Shown here: piece after piece, positions 1 through 13,744 of the stretch
How the letters are laid out: the number at the start of each line of letters is the position of its first letter
Numbering within the stretch: position 1 is the first letter of the stretch
Source: Octopus sinensis
Taxonomy: Eukaryota
Assembly: GCF_006345805.1 (NCBI RefSeq)
Contig: NC_043006.1
Location: 100,750,001-100,814,000, forward strand
Reading direction: 5' to 3'
DNA: 64,000 nt
Notes under the pieces: generated by a model
Database searches by the model: none
What the model was told of the DNA's origin: nothing
Seen by the model: only the letters and a program-made list of their open reading frames with translations
Position numbers and translations under genes: made by a program

Positions 1-339
1 AATACATATATGTACGAAATATATACGAAATATTTTTCTCAAATACATAATTTGATATATGATATTTGCTTTGTATTTCTTTTACAATTTGTACTTTAAA
101 CTTACATTATTTTCAAATTAATTTTGTATAAAGCATATTTTCTGTTGTTTATTTCTTCGTATTACGTCAGAAATTCCAAGTTAATATTGTTTTATATAAA
201 AAGTATCATATATATAAATACACAAACACGCACGCATATATATAAACGTGTGTATATTGTACCGTTAAGAGTAATGCTTCCTTATCAACTATATTTGAGC
301 AGTAATACTGTGTGCGTGTGTATTAGTATATGTGTACAT

Positions 340-722
340 GTGGAGGCGCAATGGCCCAGTGGTTAGGGCAGCGGACTCGCGGTCGTAGGATCGCGGTTTC
401 GATTCCCAGACCGGGCGCTGTGAGTGTTTATTGAGCGAAAACACCTAAAGCTCTACGAGGCTCCGGCAGCGATGGTGGTGATCCCTGCTGTACTCTTTCA
501 CCACAACTTTCTCTCACTCTTACTTCCTGTTTCTGTTGTACCTGTATTTCAAAGGGCCGGCCTTGTCAATCTCTGTGTCACGCTGAATATCCCCGAGAAC
601 TACGTTAAGGGCACACGTGTCTGTGGAGTGCTCAGCCACTTACACGTTAATTTCACGAGCAGGCTGTTCCGTTGTTTCGGATCAACCGGAACCCTCATCG
701 TCGTAACCGACGGAGTGCTTCC
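340..722 (+). mobile_element. tRNA-derived SINE, family A, full length
   Basis: A box TGGCCCAGTGG and B-box-like GTTTCGATTCC; near-identical copy at 46655-47201; flanking direct repeat ATATGTGTACAT (TSD). Confidence 0.85.
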
Positions 723-1059
723 GTCCATATGTGTACATGTGTGTATTTAAACAATAATATTATCCGGTGTCGGATCCCACTCCTGCTCAATTACATTAAA
801 CTTCATGTCCTTCCTTCACTCTTCCCTCCCGTATATTCTCTCTGTCGTCAAGCAATTTGCTTTCTTGTTAATGTTACTTTGAACGATGCTCCAGCTGGCC
901 ATTCATTTTATCTTTTTGCTTTATTCTTTCATTGCTTGCAGTGGGCGGGCTTCAGCCGTATCATTGCACCACCTTCTTCAGTTTTTAGTCTATCGTATCG
1001 TCAACACTGTTTATTTCAGTTAGGAATTTATTTTATTGTTATACCCGTTAAATATTGGT

Positions 1060-1270
1060 TTTAAATTTTGGTACAAGACCAGCAGTTTTGGAGAAGAGGA
1101 CTATTCGTTAACATCGACCCCAGTACTCAACTGATATTTATTTTATCGAACCCGAGAAGATGAAAGGCAAAATCGATCTCGGCGGAATTTGAAATCAGAA
1201 CATAGAGAGAGACGAATTGCTATTAAACATTTTGCTCGATGTTCTAATAATTCCGCCAGTTCGTCACCTT
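1060..1270 (-). mobile_element. SINE family B (core GTCGACTTTGCCTTTCATCC...GATAAA), decayed
   Basis: Matches the many family B copies in the window. Confidence 0.7.
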
Positions 1271-1384
1271 AAATACTCGTTGAATATTGTTGCAATTCAC
1301 AAGCTATCATATTCGAAACTACCACCTGAATATCAATCACTGAGTAATTCAAGAAAACTGAGAGGGAATATCTTTTCTTTTACC

Positions 1385-1575
1385 ATTCACTTGTTTCATT
1401 CATTGAACTACGGCCATGCTAGAGCACCGCGTTCAAGGATTTAGTCGGACAAATCTCCCCTAGTTGTTTTTAGGTTATTCTACCGGTACTGTTTTGCTGA
1501 ACCCTTAAGGTGCAGATAAGTAAATGATCCAACAGCGGTTGTTAAGCGGTGGGTGAGACAAACACAAACACCAGT

Positions 1576-1606
<31 letters not shown>

Positions 1607-1765
1607 GGAGGGGATTCTGGACAGTATCCGTCTACCAAGTTCACTCACAAGGCATCCGAAGGCTCGAAGCTCTACTAAAGGTGTGCTGTGCAGTGTGAGG
1701 GAACCCGTAGCAGAAGCCACGTAGTTACAAATGTGAGCTCCTTCCCTGCACAGCCATATCTACGC
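1385..1765 (-). mobile_element. SINE family C, decayed
   Basis: Colinear with 2784-3194, including internal (CA)n and the GGCCATGCT-GAGCACCG tail motif. Confidence 0.65.
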
Positions 1766-2179
1766 TGTGGCACAATAGCTGCACGATAGGAACAAATATT
1801 CATCACAATAGATAAAAGCAGAGTTTATCAGAAAATAAATAAGAAAAATATGTAAAAGTACATAAATCACATAAAGGAACTAACCAACACATGTAGAACG
1901 AAGGGCAACTGGAAAAGCCTTGGGATTGTTAGGTCTCCTTTTTCTTCCACTGTTTTTTTTCTCTCGGTTGAAGTGTCTAATCAATACCCGTAGCAGCAAA
2001 ATTCATTTAAGGGGTAAGCAGACCACAATCAACATCTGAATGGTATCTGGGGAGAGAAACAATATTATTCCCATAAGCAGGAACACTATAGCACTCCTCC
2101 CATACTACTCCAATACAAAAGCCTTGACGAATAAACTACTTGTCAAAGATTCCATCCATGATGTCCACTGACAATATGT

Positions 2180-2392
2180 CTCTTTTATGTTTTACTTGTG
2201 TCAGTCATCGGACTGTAGCCGTGCTGGGTTACGGCCTTGAAGGGTTAAATCGAACAAATCGATTCCAGTTTTTAAACCTAATATTTATTCTATTGGTCAC
2301 TTTTGCCGAATCACTAAGTTACGAGAAAGTAAGCACACACACAACGCTCAAGCAGTGATGGGTGACAACCACAGGCACAGAAACACACATCC
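2180..2392 (-). mobile_element. SINE family C 3' part, decayed
   Basis: TTTTACTTGTGTCAGTCAT tail and TATTTATTCTATTGGTC motif. Confidence 0.55.
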
Positions 2393-2783
2393 GGTCCTAC
2401 GACTCCACAAGTGGGGTCGTAGGAACACGACCACAAGTGGAGGCGAAGCAGAAGGTGGATGAAAAGGTGTTCGCCATTTCCGTTGTATCAATGTTTGTGT
2501 TAGTGATAGTGATGATAGTGCTGGGGAGGAGGGGTAGAGTAGTGGAGGTGGTAATAAACTCACTGGTGTAGCTGTTTCTTTTTGTTGCCATTGGGCTCTT
2601 TTCGTGTTCCTATGAATTGATGGCGGTGCAGACATTTTTAGTATCTGAAATTTACCTTCATACATTTTCTGTGCTGTGCTGTTCTTCTTGCTGTTGCTGC
2701 TGCTGCTGTCGCTGATTTTTGCAATGTTGTCGTTCTGTTCTGCGGCGGTTCTTTTCAGTGGAGAAAACAATCTTCATGCACCA

Positions 2784-3194
2784 TCTCTTTACTCTTTACT
2801 CTTTTACTTGTTTCAGTCATTTGACTGCGGCCATGCTGGAGCACCGCCTTCAATCGAGCAACTCGACCCCGGGACTTATTCTTTTGTAAGCCCAGTATTT
2901 ATTCTATCGGTCTCTTTTTGCCGAACCGCTAAGTAACGGGGACATAAACACACCAGCATCGGTTGTCAAGCAATGCTAGGAGGACAAACACAGACACACA
3001 AACACACACACACGCATATATATATATATATACATATATACGACGGGCTTCTTTCAGTTTCCGTCCACCAAATCCACTCACAAGGCATTGGTCGGCCCGA
3101 GGATATAGTAGAAGACACTTGCCCAAGATGCCACGCAGTGGGACTGAGCCCGCAACCATGTGGTTGGTAAACAAGCTACTTACCACACAGCCAT
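2784..3194 (-). mobile_element. SINE family C, near full length
   Basis: Head TGGCTGTGTGGTAA...GGGCTCAGTCCC, TTGGGCAAGTGTCTT core, internal (TA)n(TG)n, tail GGTGCTCCAGCATGGCCGCAGTC...GTAAAAGAG. Confidence 0.85.
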
Positions 3195-3419
3195 CATGCA
3201 TTTTTAAACAAAATTTGAGGGAGATGTTCGCTAAACAAACCCCAATTTAGTCCCCACAAAGAGCTACAGATTATGAAAACGAACCCGCTCCCTAAGCTAC
3301 TGGTTACTTTATCTATAGAATGATAACAAATGTTCAGTATATAACTTTGTGTAACAATAGAAATAATGAAAAAACTTGCCGGAGCGACGTGCAATACGTG
3401 TCGATAGACGAACAACCTA

Positions 3420-4850
3420 AATAATCACTGTTTTAGTGCTGGTATTAGGATGGAATTCAGAATCAAGAAGTGTAGCATAATATACCTGAAAAGAGGCAAT
3501 GTGCAGTCCCCAGCAGAGATGGAATTACTTAATAGAGAACTGATTAAACAAATTGAAAAAGGAAGGCTACAAATACCTTTGCATACTAGAGTTCAACGAA
3601 AGAAATGAAAGAACAACTGAGGATACAATATTTCCGAAGACTAAGATTGGTGTTGTGTTCAAAATCCAAGCAGTTAATACATGGGCGGTAGCATCACTTT
3701 GATATGGAGCTCGAATCATAAACAGGCAAAAGAACTGATGAATATGGATAGGAAAACAAGAGAAAATATTGACAGTGCACGGAGCCCTCTCCCCTAAAAG
3801 TGACACCGACAGGCTCTACTTGTCTAAGAGAAAGGGTGGGAGAAGCTTGATTAGTTGCCAGGATTGTATCGAAGCAAAAGAAAATAGCTTAGGATGGAAT
3901 GTAAAAAATACAGTGGAGCCATTGTTGAAACATGTAAAGAAGTCCAGAACCATCGAAATTGTTAATTGCGTAAAGAAAGAAAAATAAAGACGAAAAGAAC
4001 ACAAAAAAGAAACAACATGGAAGGAGAAAAATGTACGGTCGTTTTATAAGGGATACGAACGCCAGGACAGATACAAAAGAATCGGTGGCCATGGGCGAGG
4101 AGGAGTGACCTGAAGATAGAGACAGAAGCTCAGTACAAGAACACGCGTTAAGGAGTATGCGAAATGCAAAAATCAATAATACTGCCGAGTGCGTCAAATG
4201 CAGAATGTGTGGTGAGAATGGTGAAATGGTATGGCACATCGTTAGCGAATGCCCGAAATTGGCACAACATGATTACGAAAGACATAGCAATGTGGAAAGT
4301 ATGATTCATTGAGAGCTGTCTGGAAATCACGGCCTACAAAGAGTAAAGATGTAGTACGAGCAAACCTCAGAACAAGTCACCGAGAATGAAGATTGTAAAA
4401 TCCTACAGGATACAACGATTCAGTGCGATCACCTGACCAGACATCGGAAACCGGACATTGTTGTGGGGAATAAAAAAGAAAGAACTTGCATGAGAATCGA
4501 CATAGCATATCCCGGTGACAACAGGATGAAGGAGAAAGAAGAAAACTTGAATAACTACAACAATTTCAAGTGGGAAATATCAAAGTTGTGGAGGACTAGC
4601 TTGGTACCAATAGTAATACTTTATGCACTTGGACGTATCACCACCCAACTACAAACAGGGCTCAAAAAAGATTGGTACAATATAATATAGAATATATAAC
4701 ATATATAATATAGAACACCTACAAAAAAAGCAGCATTGCTTGGAACTGCAAGAATTCTACGCAGAGTTCTTGAAGCATGGCCACTAAATAAATCTCACCT
4801 TAGTCTGCTGGCTGTGGGCAGCTGACACTTTCCATCTTACCCAACAAAAT
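3420..4850 (+). mobile_element. R4/Dong-clade non-LTR retrotransposon relic (RT C-terminus, CCHC finger, RLE nuclease)
   Basis: Disrupted frames give HGALSPKSDTDRLYLSRKGGRSL, CRMCGENGEMVWHIVSECPKLA, RKPDIVV, IDIAYPGD; followed by (AAT)n. Confidence 0.85.
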
Positions 4851-4869
4851 AATGATTATAATAATAATG

Positions 4870-4914
<45 letters not shown>

Positions 4915-5071
4915 TGGCATGCACTGCTCTCTCACTCAATAATAATAAGTAGTAGTAGAAGAAGAAGAAGGAGGAGGAGGAGAAGGACAAAAAGAAGAAG
5001 AAGAAGAAGAAGAAGAAGAAGAAGAAGAAGAAGAAGAAGAAGAAGAAGAAGAAGAAGAAGAAGAAGAAGAT
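4851..5071. repeat. Compound microsatellite (AAT)n/(AGT)n/(AAG)n
   Basis: Seen directly. Confidence 0.95.
4914..4937 (+). mobile_element. 24-nt 3' tip of the (AAT)n-associated 556-bp element
   Basis: ATGGCATGCACTGCTCTCTCACTC is identical to the end of 55290-55845 and is embedded in (AAT)n. Confidence 0.8.
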
Positions 5072-5874
5072 ACTATGCGAGATTTCTTAGAGTATGCCAA
5101 GCGAGGGCGCATTTAGCAAGAGAGAAGATTACTTAACTAATATCATCAATATCCACTAACACCGTTTAATACTGACAAATAATTACGAATTAAATCTAAA
5201 AATGAAAATGCCAAATGATAATTATGTACGTAATATTTTGTAAAATATATTGATTTTTACCTCATATTACAAATGTTCATATTGATCGGCGTTCGGGAAC
5301 CAAGTTTAATTAAACTAAAGATGCATCATATCAAAAACAGAATAATATTCCGTCATTTCAGTGAAAAAATATCAAGCCAGGCAAATATAATGTATATCAT
5401 TCTGTACATTAAAAGGAGAATGTACACTTTGTGAATTGAAAGTACGGAAAATGGAACCAAACTGAGAATCACTAAAAGAAAAAAATTCTACCGCATGAAA
5501 GTGATGACAAGCTAAACAAAAGTCTGACTCCAAATAAAATAAAAGTAAATGTACCGCAAAGAAATACGTTTCCCGCCAGCATGAACATTTTACGACTACA
5601 CTCTACTTGAAAACAAAGCGGCGATAGTATTCTCAATTAAAATTTAAATAGAAAGTAACGCGGATCTAAACATTACGTTGGATCTCAACTGACTGACAGA
5701 CATAAGAAGAAACATTCTGAAAACGCAGCCATCGATACCACAAAAGTCAGAAATCGAAATCGAACACGTAAGTCAGCGAATTCATTGCGAAATCATAAGA
5801 AATGAATACAAACCAAACACTACTTAAAAGAAAAGAAATTACAAAGATAGATCTAAAATATATAAGAAAATGAA

Positions 5875-6280
5875 GCAAAGGAGTGGCTGTGTGGTAAGTA
5901 GCTTGCTAACCAACCACATGGTTCCGGGTTCAGTCTCACTGCGTGGCATCTTGGGCAAGTGTCTTCTGCTATAGCCCCGGGCCAACCAATGCCTTGTGAG
6001 TGGATTTGGTAGACGGAAACTGAAAGAAACCTGTCGTATATATGTATATATATAAATATATGTGCGTGTATGTTTGTGCGTCTGTGTTTGTCCCCCTAGC
6101 ATTGCTTGACAACCGATGGTGTGTTTACGTCCCTGTCACTTAGCGGTACGGCAAAAGAGACCGATAGAATAAGTACTGGGCTTACAAAGAATAAGTCACG
6201 GGGTCGATTTGCTCGACTAAAGGCGGTGCTCCAGCATGGCCGCAGTCAAATGACTGAAACAAGTAAAAGAGTAAAAGAGT
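5875..6280 (+). mobile_element. SINE family C, full length
   Basis: Same head, core and tail as 2784-3194. Confidence 0.85.
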
Positions 6281-6659
6281 ATACAGCTTAAAAGAACAAC
6301 AGGAACAGAAATATGGATAAAATGCAATATGAGAAAGATTTCAGAATTGGCAATTCTAGAAATGGAAATCGTGAAGATAAAAATCTATAAAGCGGAAATA
6401 ATATCTTCGAACGGGTAAATGAATGTAACTCCCCAAAATATACCCCAATCATTAAACAGCAGCTACTATACAAAACATATAACGCAGAGAAAATCATCAC
6501 AGATTTAAGTAAAAAAGATGCAAACGAAAATATCAATAGGTTAAGTAAGTTTATTAAAACGATAAAGTGCGAGTTTTGCAAGATTTGACTGCTTTTGCTA
6601 TCAGAACAGACGCCAATTTGGAAAAACCAAGGACGAGCCGGAATACATCGAAGGGAAAA

Positions 6660-6874
6660 ATTTGGTTTCAAATCTTAGCACAAGGCCAGTAAATTTGGTT
6701 GAGGAGGAAGTCGATCACACAAACCCCAGTATTGAACTGATACTTATTTTATCGACCTCGGAAGGATAAATGTAAGGTCGACCTCGGCGGAATTTGAACT
6801 CAGAATGTAAAGACGGACGAAATGCCGCCAAGCATTTTGCCCGGCGTCTTTACGATTCTACCAGCTGGCCGACT
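6660..6874 (-). mobile_element. SINE family B
   Basis: GTCGACCTCGGCGGAATTTGAACTCAGAA...GCATTTTGCCCGGCG. Confidence 0.8.
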
Positions 6875-7811
6875 TTGAAAGGAAATATCGTTAGACCGCG
6901 ATGGGATACTCCGGTTTGCAAATAGACAATTTCCTCACTCTCTCTTGGTCTGTCTCTCTTTCCCTCTCTTTTATAGTCGCTGTTTTATTTCTTTTATGGG
7001 GAGGATGTTATGAGAGGCGACACGGTGTATCTGTTAATACTGCTTTCTTACTTCAGAGATGTGAGTGGTGTTAGGAGCGACGTGAGATATGAGTTATTTA
7101 GTGAGAATTTGAGAGGCAGTTCCGATTTATGAATAAATATACCTACACAAGCCCCATTATAATAATGGTTCAACATCCTAAATGTTTCAATTCCTCGTCA
7201 TAGAAAAAGATAAGTGAGAAGATCCCACGCAGCTGCAACATGTAGACACATCAGCAGCTGAAACGCAAAAAATCTGGCAACATTTTCTATTACAAACATG
7301 ACTAGTATAATTAAATAATTGACATAGAATTCCTTTGTGACTCTGATGTCGTGCACAAACTAACTGGAAATCCAAATAATTACACTGACACAGCCATTGA
7401 AATGATAGCATTATGTCATAAAGGGAGTGTGTATGTCATCTCATTTATAGATGTTACAACTCAAAAGATATTTTAATAGCTTCTTTAAAATTATCAACAG
7501 GTCACGTACAAGTAGAAGATCTCTATGGAGATGTTCAACTCGATCGTCAAGTCTTCGTTTCCGCCGCCGAGTCCTCGTCTCGTTTTGCTTGACTTTTAAC
7601 TCACCAAATCTCTACTGAAATAGCAATTGACACAGTAAACAAGTAGATTTCATAAAATAGCTATACGAAGGAATGTAAATGTTTCAACATATTTATCAAA
7701 GCATTTGTTAAATATGAGTGTGTGTGTGTATGCGCATGCCTATTTCATATCTTGCGACGTAAGAAAACAGAACACTGGTGTAACGTAAATAATCATACTA
7801 GTAATGTTTCT

Positions 7812-8021
7812 TTCTAGTATAGCCACAAAGCATGCCATTTTGGAGATAGGGCTCGTCGAGTACTTTGAATCTAGTGCTCAACTGATATTTATTTCATTGA
7901 CCCCGTAAAGATGAAAGATAAAGTCTACCTCGACGTAAGGAGCCGAAGGAAATGTCGCTAAGTATTTTATACGACGTGCTAGAGATTATGCCAGCTCACC
8001 GCCCTAATAATAATAATAATA

Positions 8022-8056
<35 letters not shown>

Positions 8057-8093
8057 TAATAATAATAACAATAACAACAACAACAACAACAAC

Positions 8094-8132
<39 letters not shown>

Positions 8133-9032
8133 CTTTTCTACTTAAGCAAAAGGCCTCCAGTTTGGGGGAAAGGATTAAGTCGGTTACATTGACTCCAGTG
8201 CGTAACTGGTAATTATTTAATCGGCCCCGAATAGATGAAAGGTAAATTCAATTTCAGTGGAATTTGAACTCTGAACGTAGCGACAGACGAAATACCGCTA
8301 AGCATTTCGCTTAGCGGTGGGAGGGGACTAGTAGATTACAGCGACCCCAGTGAAACATTGGTACTTAATTTATCGAGCCCAAATTGATAGAAGGCAAAGT
8401 CGACCTCAGCGGAATTTGAACTCAGACCGTAGCGGCAGACGAAATGCCTATTTCTTTACTACCCACAAGGGGATAAACACAGAGAGGACAAACAAGGACA
8501 GACTAACGGATTAAGTCGATTAATGGCACTTTATTTATCGACCCCGAATGGATGAAAGGCAAAGTCAACCTCGGCGGAATTTGAAGTCAGACCGTAGCGG
8601 CAGACGAAATGCCGCTAGGCATTTTGCCCGGCGTGCTAACGATTCTGCCATCTCGTTGCCATATGTAACAATAGCAATAATAGATTCAAATTCTGTCACA
8701 AAGGCAGCAATTTTGAGGGAGGGGATGAGTCACTTACATCGACCCCAGTGCTTCCCTGGTCCTTAATTTGTCGTCCAACGTGTTAACGATTTTGCCAGCT
8801 CACCGCCTTATATAATTATAATAATCATTCCCATTAAAGATACAAGGCCTGAAATTTAGTGGAGGAGGATAGTCGATTACATTGACCCCAGTGTTTCACA
8901 AGCACTTAATTTATTGACCCCAAATGGAAGGAAGGCAAAGTCGACGGAGTTTGAACTCAGAACGTAACGACAGACGAAATACTGCTAAGCATTTCGCCCG
9001 GCGTGCTAACGACTCTGTCAGCTCACCACCTT
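7812..9032 (-). mobile_element. Co-oriented cluster of about six SINE family B units with (AAT)n spacers
   Basis: Repeated CGACCCCAGTG, GGAATTTGAACTCAG and CCAGCTCACCGCC motifs. Confidence 0.8.
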
Positions 9033-9442
9033 CTACAATAATAATAATAATAATAATGACAATTTCTTATGCCTCGTCACTCCTAGTGCGGCTTTCATCA
9101 TTACTGTGAGAAGAGGCGAGAAATCGTAACAAGATGAAAGAGAATAACAGATGAGTATCCACAAGATCGAGTCTTCGGCGGCGACAGCGACAACGAAGTC
9201 GATGTGATGACGACGACGTCATCAAACAAGAAATAGTAGTCAGTCCAATAAATTATCAGGAGAGAAATATAATAGCCGGGATGATGACAGGTTTTATCTC
9301 GTTGAAGGAAAAGACGTTGCAGAGACTACAGATACTATATGAAAGGCACTAGCAGTGTTGATATGAAAAGAAAGTGAAAAGGAATTGGACGAGTTCTTGA
9401 CGAAAATTATTGCTGAGAATATAAACAAGATGTAAACAAGGC

Positions 9443-9580
9443 TGCGAGCTGGCAGAATCGTTAGCAATCCGGACAAAATGCTTAGCAGCATTTCGTCCAT
9501 CCTTTCGTTCTGAGTTCAATTCTGCCGAGATCGACTTTGCTTTTCATCCTCTCGGATTCGATAGAATAAGTATTAGTTTA
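9443..9580 (+). mobile_element. SINE family B, 5' part
   Basis: GCGAGCTGGCAGAATCGTTAGC...GTTCTGAGTTCAATTC. Confidence 0.75.
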
Positions 9581-9740
9581 GATCTGGTGCCAAAATTTTA
9601 AACCAATATATAACACGTAAACAACCTTGTTTACTGTGGCAATTGCTATTTCAGTAGAAATTTGGTGAGTTAAAAGTCAAGCAAAACTAAAGAGAGACGA
9701 GGACTCGGCGGCGGAAACGAAGACTTGACGGTCAAGTTGA

Positions 9741-10520
9741 GATTATGGAAGAAACAGATGCAATAATTTAAAAGAAATGGGTGAAGGAAAAAAGACACAT
9801 AAACCAGCTTCAAACGAAGAACAGCGTTAAATAAAGAGGGTTACGGGTAGTTAAGAAGAACACAAACAAAAAATAAACCGGTATTAGTAGTACGAAGACA
9901 TCCCAAACATTGAAAGGAAACAGCTGAAGAATGAGAAGGAATATCGGGGAGGAATGATATGCCCAAGATGAACAGGCATGGAACTTTTGGACAGATATTT
10001 GGTTCAAAGAAGTTCAACATAACAAGTAGTTGAACTGTGTATGAAAATTGAAACGTGAAGTAAAAAGCCAAAATATGCCAAACTAAGAGAATATAAATAT
10101 TAGAAATGAGAAAGTGAAAAAATGCTTAATAACAAATTGGAAAGCCCCTGGACCACATAAAGTTTAGAGATTTGGCTTTAAAGGCTCTCAACTATTCACA
10201 GCAACATACAGCTGTTGCGTACTGACTATAGAAAATGAAACACCAATATGAATGACAAAGGGAATCCAGCGCTATTAGAGGATAAAGAATTGAGATAGGA
10301 AGTGAGTACTTATAAACCTATTATGTGCTTACCGTGACTATGGGGATTATTAACTGTCCTCACGGATGATGAATTGTGTAGCATTCTGGAGAAATATTAT
10401 CAGAAGAGGAAAAGGGATATGAAAATAAATCGTGGGCATGTGCTCTGAGGTGATTCTTAGAATAGCAAATGGAGCAATCGGGCTTTCGATCTTGTATTAT
10501 TAATCTACCAAAAATCCAAG
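9741..10520 (+). mobile_element. R4/Dong-like LINE relic, N-terminal RT region
   Basis: NWKAPGP motif at ~10135 followed by YKPIMCL-like motif; heavily decayed. Confidence 0.6.
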
Positions 10521-10552
10521 GTCATTTCTGATTCTTCATATCTTGCACAACT

Positions 10553-10676
10553 GCAATTCTACCGAGGTCGACTTTGCCTTTCATCATTTCGGTATCAATA
10601 AAATAAATACCAGTTGATTACTGGTTGTGATGTAATCGACATACGCCCTGCTCCGAAATTGCTATCCTCGTGCCAT
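10553..10676 (+). mobile_element. SINE family B, core and 3' part
   Basis: CGAGGTCGACTTTGCCTTTCATC core. Confidence 0.7.
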
Positions 10677-11077
10677 AGTACGACTGTACTTTACTCTGAA
10701 AGCGTACTCAAGTACAGAACCGGTGGTACAAATTAAAGGCCACGTCATAATTAGCTTCCTTATATAAATTCAATATGTAAATTAAAAGATTGTTATTAAT
10801 TGCATATTTCATTCTCTTATATATCCTAAACACATAATGTCATCATTTCTCGTTTTTCTTTGTTTCCAGTCCTTCCAAAAAGTTGAACTTCACATTTCTG
10901 AAACATATAATCTAAAAGTTTAAACTTTTTCTACTTTCCGTGTGGCTTCCAATATAAAGAAACTTTCGAGATATTGTCTCAAGAAGTTCTGAAAAAATGG
11001 TGGAAACAGTATATTATTATATTTTATTTCTATTGCCCCAATGCAATTATCAGTTTCCATTCGTTATTTTATTTATC

Positions 11078-11110
<33 letters not shown>

Positions 11111-12179
11111 ATTATAATTATTATTATCATTATTATTATTATTATTATTATTATTTTCTTTCTTCTTTTTGGTGTGGGGGGAGGGCTTCATTTGAGACTA
11201 GAATGATCCAGTCCTGTATAGTTAAAACATAAATCGCATGTTATCTATTATTGCACCAAATGGTCACTGTCAGAAAAGCATAGAATTGCTGAAAATTATA
11301 AACACCTGACCAGTGCTGTGTATAAATCATGCACAGCAAAACGAATTATAGTAAAAGTAACTTATTTGATCAAAAGTTATAGGTGCCAAGCGAAGTCTGA
11401 ATATAACTCTGACAAAGTCTTAATATAAAATCAATAAACAATACGGTCTTTACTCAAAATGCATCTATCCGAAAAAAATGCGTCTGGAATTTCTGGCTAT
11501 TGAATAAAACAAAAACTAACCAGAAAGCAAGGAAATATATTTAAAGGTATCGTTGGCATACTCCCCGGCAAAGTATAGATTCAACAAACGATGGAATTAT
11601 AATTCAGTCGTGAAAACTGCTCAGAAGTAACTATCCTCAAGAGTGTACAATTTTAAACATGAGCGGGTTAGCCAGTGCTAGTAAATTCATCTAAAATTCC
11701 TGGAATATTGAATAGGAATTTAATTCGACAGATACACAGTCAAGAGATTACAGCAAAGCGTAGAAAAAAAGATTTAAAAAAAAACAAAAATGTTAAGTGA
11801 GACATACAAATGAAATTAGATTAACTTTGACACCATACCAAATCGCTGCAGCAGAAAACAAATACAGTTTTATCAATGAAAACATCTCAATGATCCCCCC
11901 TCGGGAATTGTAACCACAATGATCTAGAATGACTCGCTGGACCTAACAGGCAGCTGCTGATAGACAAGAGAGACAGATTCAAATAGCAGAGTTAAAGGAG
12001 AAAGAACTGAAAGCTTAAACAACAAATATTCAATCGCAGAAGTTCTTTGTTCCAAATGTCATCTTAAACAAACGAATTTTTAAAAATTTCTAGACAACTA
12101 TATTGCAATACAAAATGATTTTTTCACAAAATATCACGAAATCATTGAAGCACCCAAATAATTTACATAGTTCTAGCCA

Positions 12180-12960
12180 TCATATATTCTGTAGAGTGAG
12201 AGACATGTATTTGCTTCTCTTTCCAGATACTTCTCCTGTTGCTTTTGTTTCTACTTTTGAATTTTCCAATATTTTCAGTAACCTTTTTCAATATTTCAAG
12301 CAACCGAGAGTATTTTTCTTCCACTAAGTATAACATAAGTATAACATAGTGAAGGCGAATGGCTCAGTGATTAGAGAATCGAGCTTACGATCGCGAGGTT
12401 GTACGCTCGAATCCCGGACCGGGCTGCGTGTTATGTTCTTGAGCAAGACACTTTATTTCACGTTGCTCCAGTTCACTCAGTTTTAAAAATGAGTTGCGAC
12501 GTCACAGGTGCCAAGCTGTATCGGCACTTGCCTTTCCCTTGGATAAGACTGGTGGCGCGGAGAGGAGAGACCGGTACGCATGGGCGACTGCTGGTCTTTC
12601 ATAAACAACCTTGCCCGGACTTGTGCCTCGACTGCTAACTTTCTAGGTGCAATCCCATGGTCTGTGACGTGACCGAAGGGGGTCTCAGAAGTATAGCATA
12701 GCTTTTCAAACCTAATATTGCAGTTCTAATAGTTTCTTCTGCGCTTAACTGACTCCTTCTAATCATGGTAGTAACAGCCTGTCGATATGGCCTTCAGAGA
12801 GGAGCGGATTGTGCATTGTGTGGAGCTTCCTAATTCTTTTATCTAATTCCTGTAGCTCTGACCTTGTCCACTCCAGAAGAAGAGCAAAAGTACCTTAATG
12901 CTGGCATTTCTCACAATTAAATTTTCTTTCGGGCACCTCTTTAATTTTCATCCTGTTAGG
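12180..12960 (-). mobile_element. R4/Dong-like LINE relic interrupted by a SINE
   Basis: Minus-strand EWTRSELQELDKRIRKLHTMHNPLLSEGHIDRL at ~12775-12875. Confidence 0.6.
12349..12686 (+). mobile_element. tRNA-derived CORE-type SINE
   Basis: A box TGGCTCAGTGA, B-box-like CTCGAATCCC, CORE-like TTCTTGAGCAAGACACTT...CACTCAG; imperfect TSD AAGTATARCATAG. Confidence 0.75.
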
Positions 12961-12989
12961 CATCAATTGAAGGTCTTTATTTCCAATAT

Positions 12990-13137
12990 ACGGGGTGACC
13001 ATTAGAAATTCGTGCTTTATTGATCCCGAAAGGATGAAAGGATGATGGCAATATTTGAACTCAGGACGCAGGGAGCCGGAACTAATACCACAAGGAAATA
13101 TAATCGACGGCCTAACTACTTAGCCAATTCGTCACCT
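12990..13137 (-). mobile_element. SINE family B, decayed
   Basis: GATCCCGAAAGGATGAAAGG, TTTGAACTCAG. Confidence 0.55.
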
Positions 13138-13744
13138 AATGATTGACAATGGCTATGTTCATCTTGCCCATTATTTTACATTGCAGAAAACTCATTTAAT
13201 CAGTTGATAATTTTCTTTACTAGTTTGATATTTACAATAAAACCTGCAACAATCTTAATAATTCTGGCGGAAGCGATCCTATTATACACTGTCTCAGAAA
13301 TTCTATGAAGCAATCAAGATAGTCCTCATTAGCTACAGAACATGCCAAATGTATAGAAGCAAGTGACAACAGCAAAATACTTGTCCAGTGATTCTTTTCT
13401 TACCTTAAGGGATTCAATGTCAGTCTAATTGCATCTCATAAGGTGCTGCTTGTGTTGTTCGCATTGGTCCGAGAAAAGCCATGAAAATATGAAAACTCTA
13501 ATCAGGTAGGACTAAGTACAAATAAGCTTACGCGGAATTAGATACAATGGATTACGATAACGCTATATTTCAAATAAATTTATTTTTTACACTCTAATTA
13601 AATATCACGGTTAGGTGAATACATGAATATGATCCGTATATTAAGAACCGACTTAACACAGGTGAAATTATCTCATCAGTAAATACTCATATACGAGATG
13701 TTTATGTATACAACCATATACAAAACGTAGTGAAATAGCGAATT

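Noticed and set aside
340-415. tRNA gene calls for the A/B-box heads (340, 12349, 15387, 46092, 46655)
   Set aside because: No proper acceptor stem, and each continues into a shared repeat body, so they are SINE heads
2348-2770. 140-aa minus-strand ORF
   Set aside because: Low complexity, no recognisable domain, ends inside a SINE
7812-9032. CRISPR-like periodic repeats
   Set aside because: Units are ~200-bp SINEs, not short repeats with unique spacers; eukaryotic context and no cas genes
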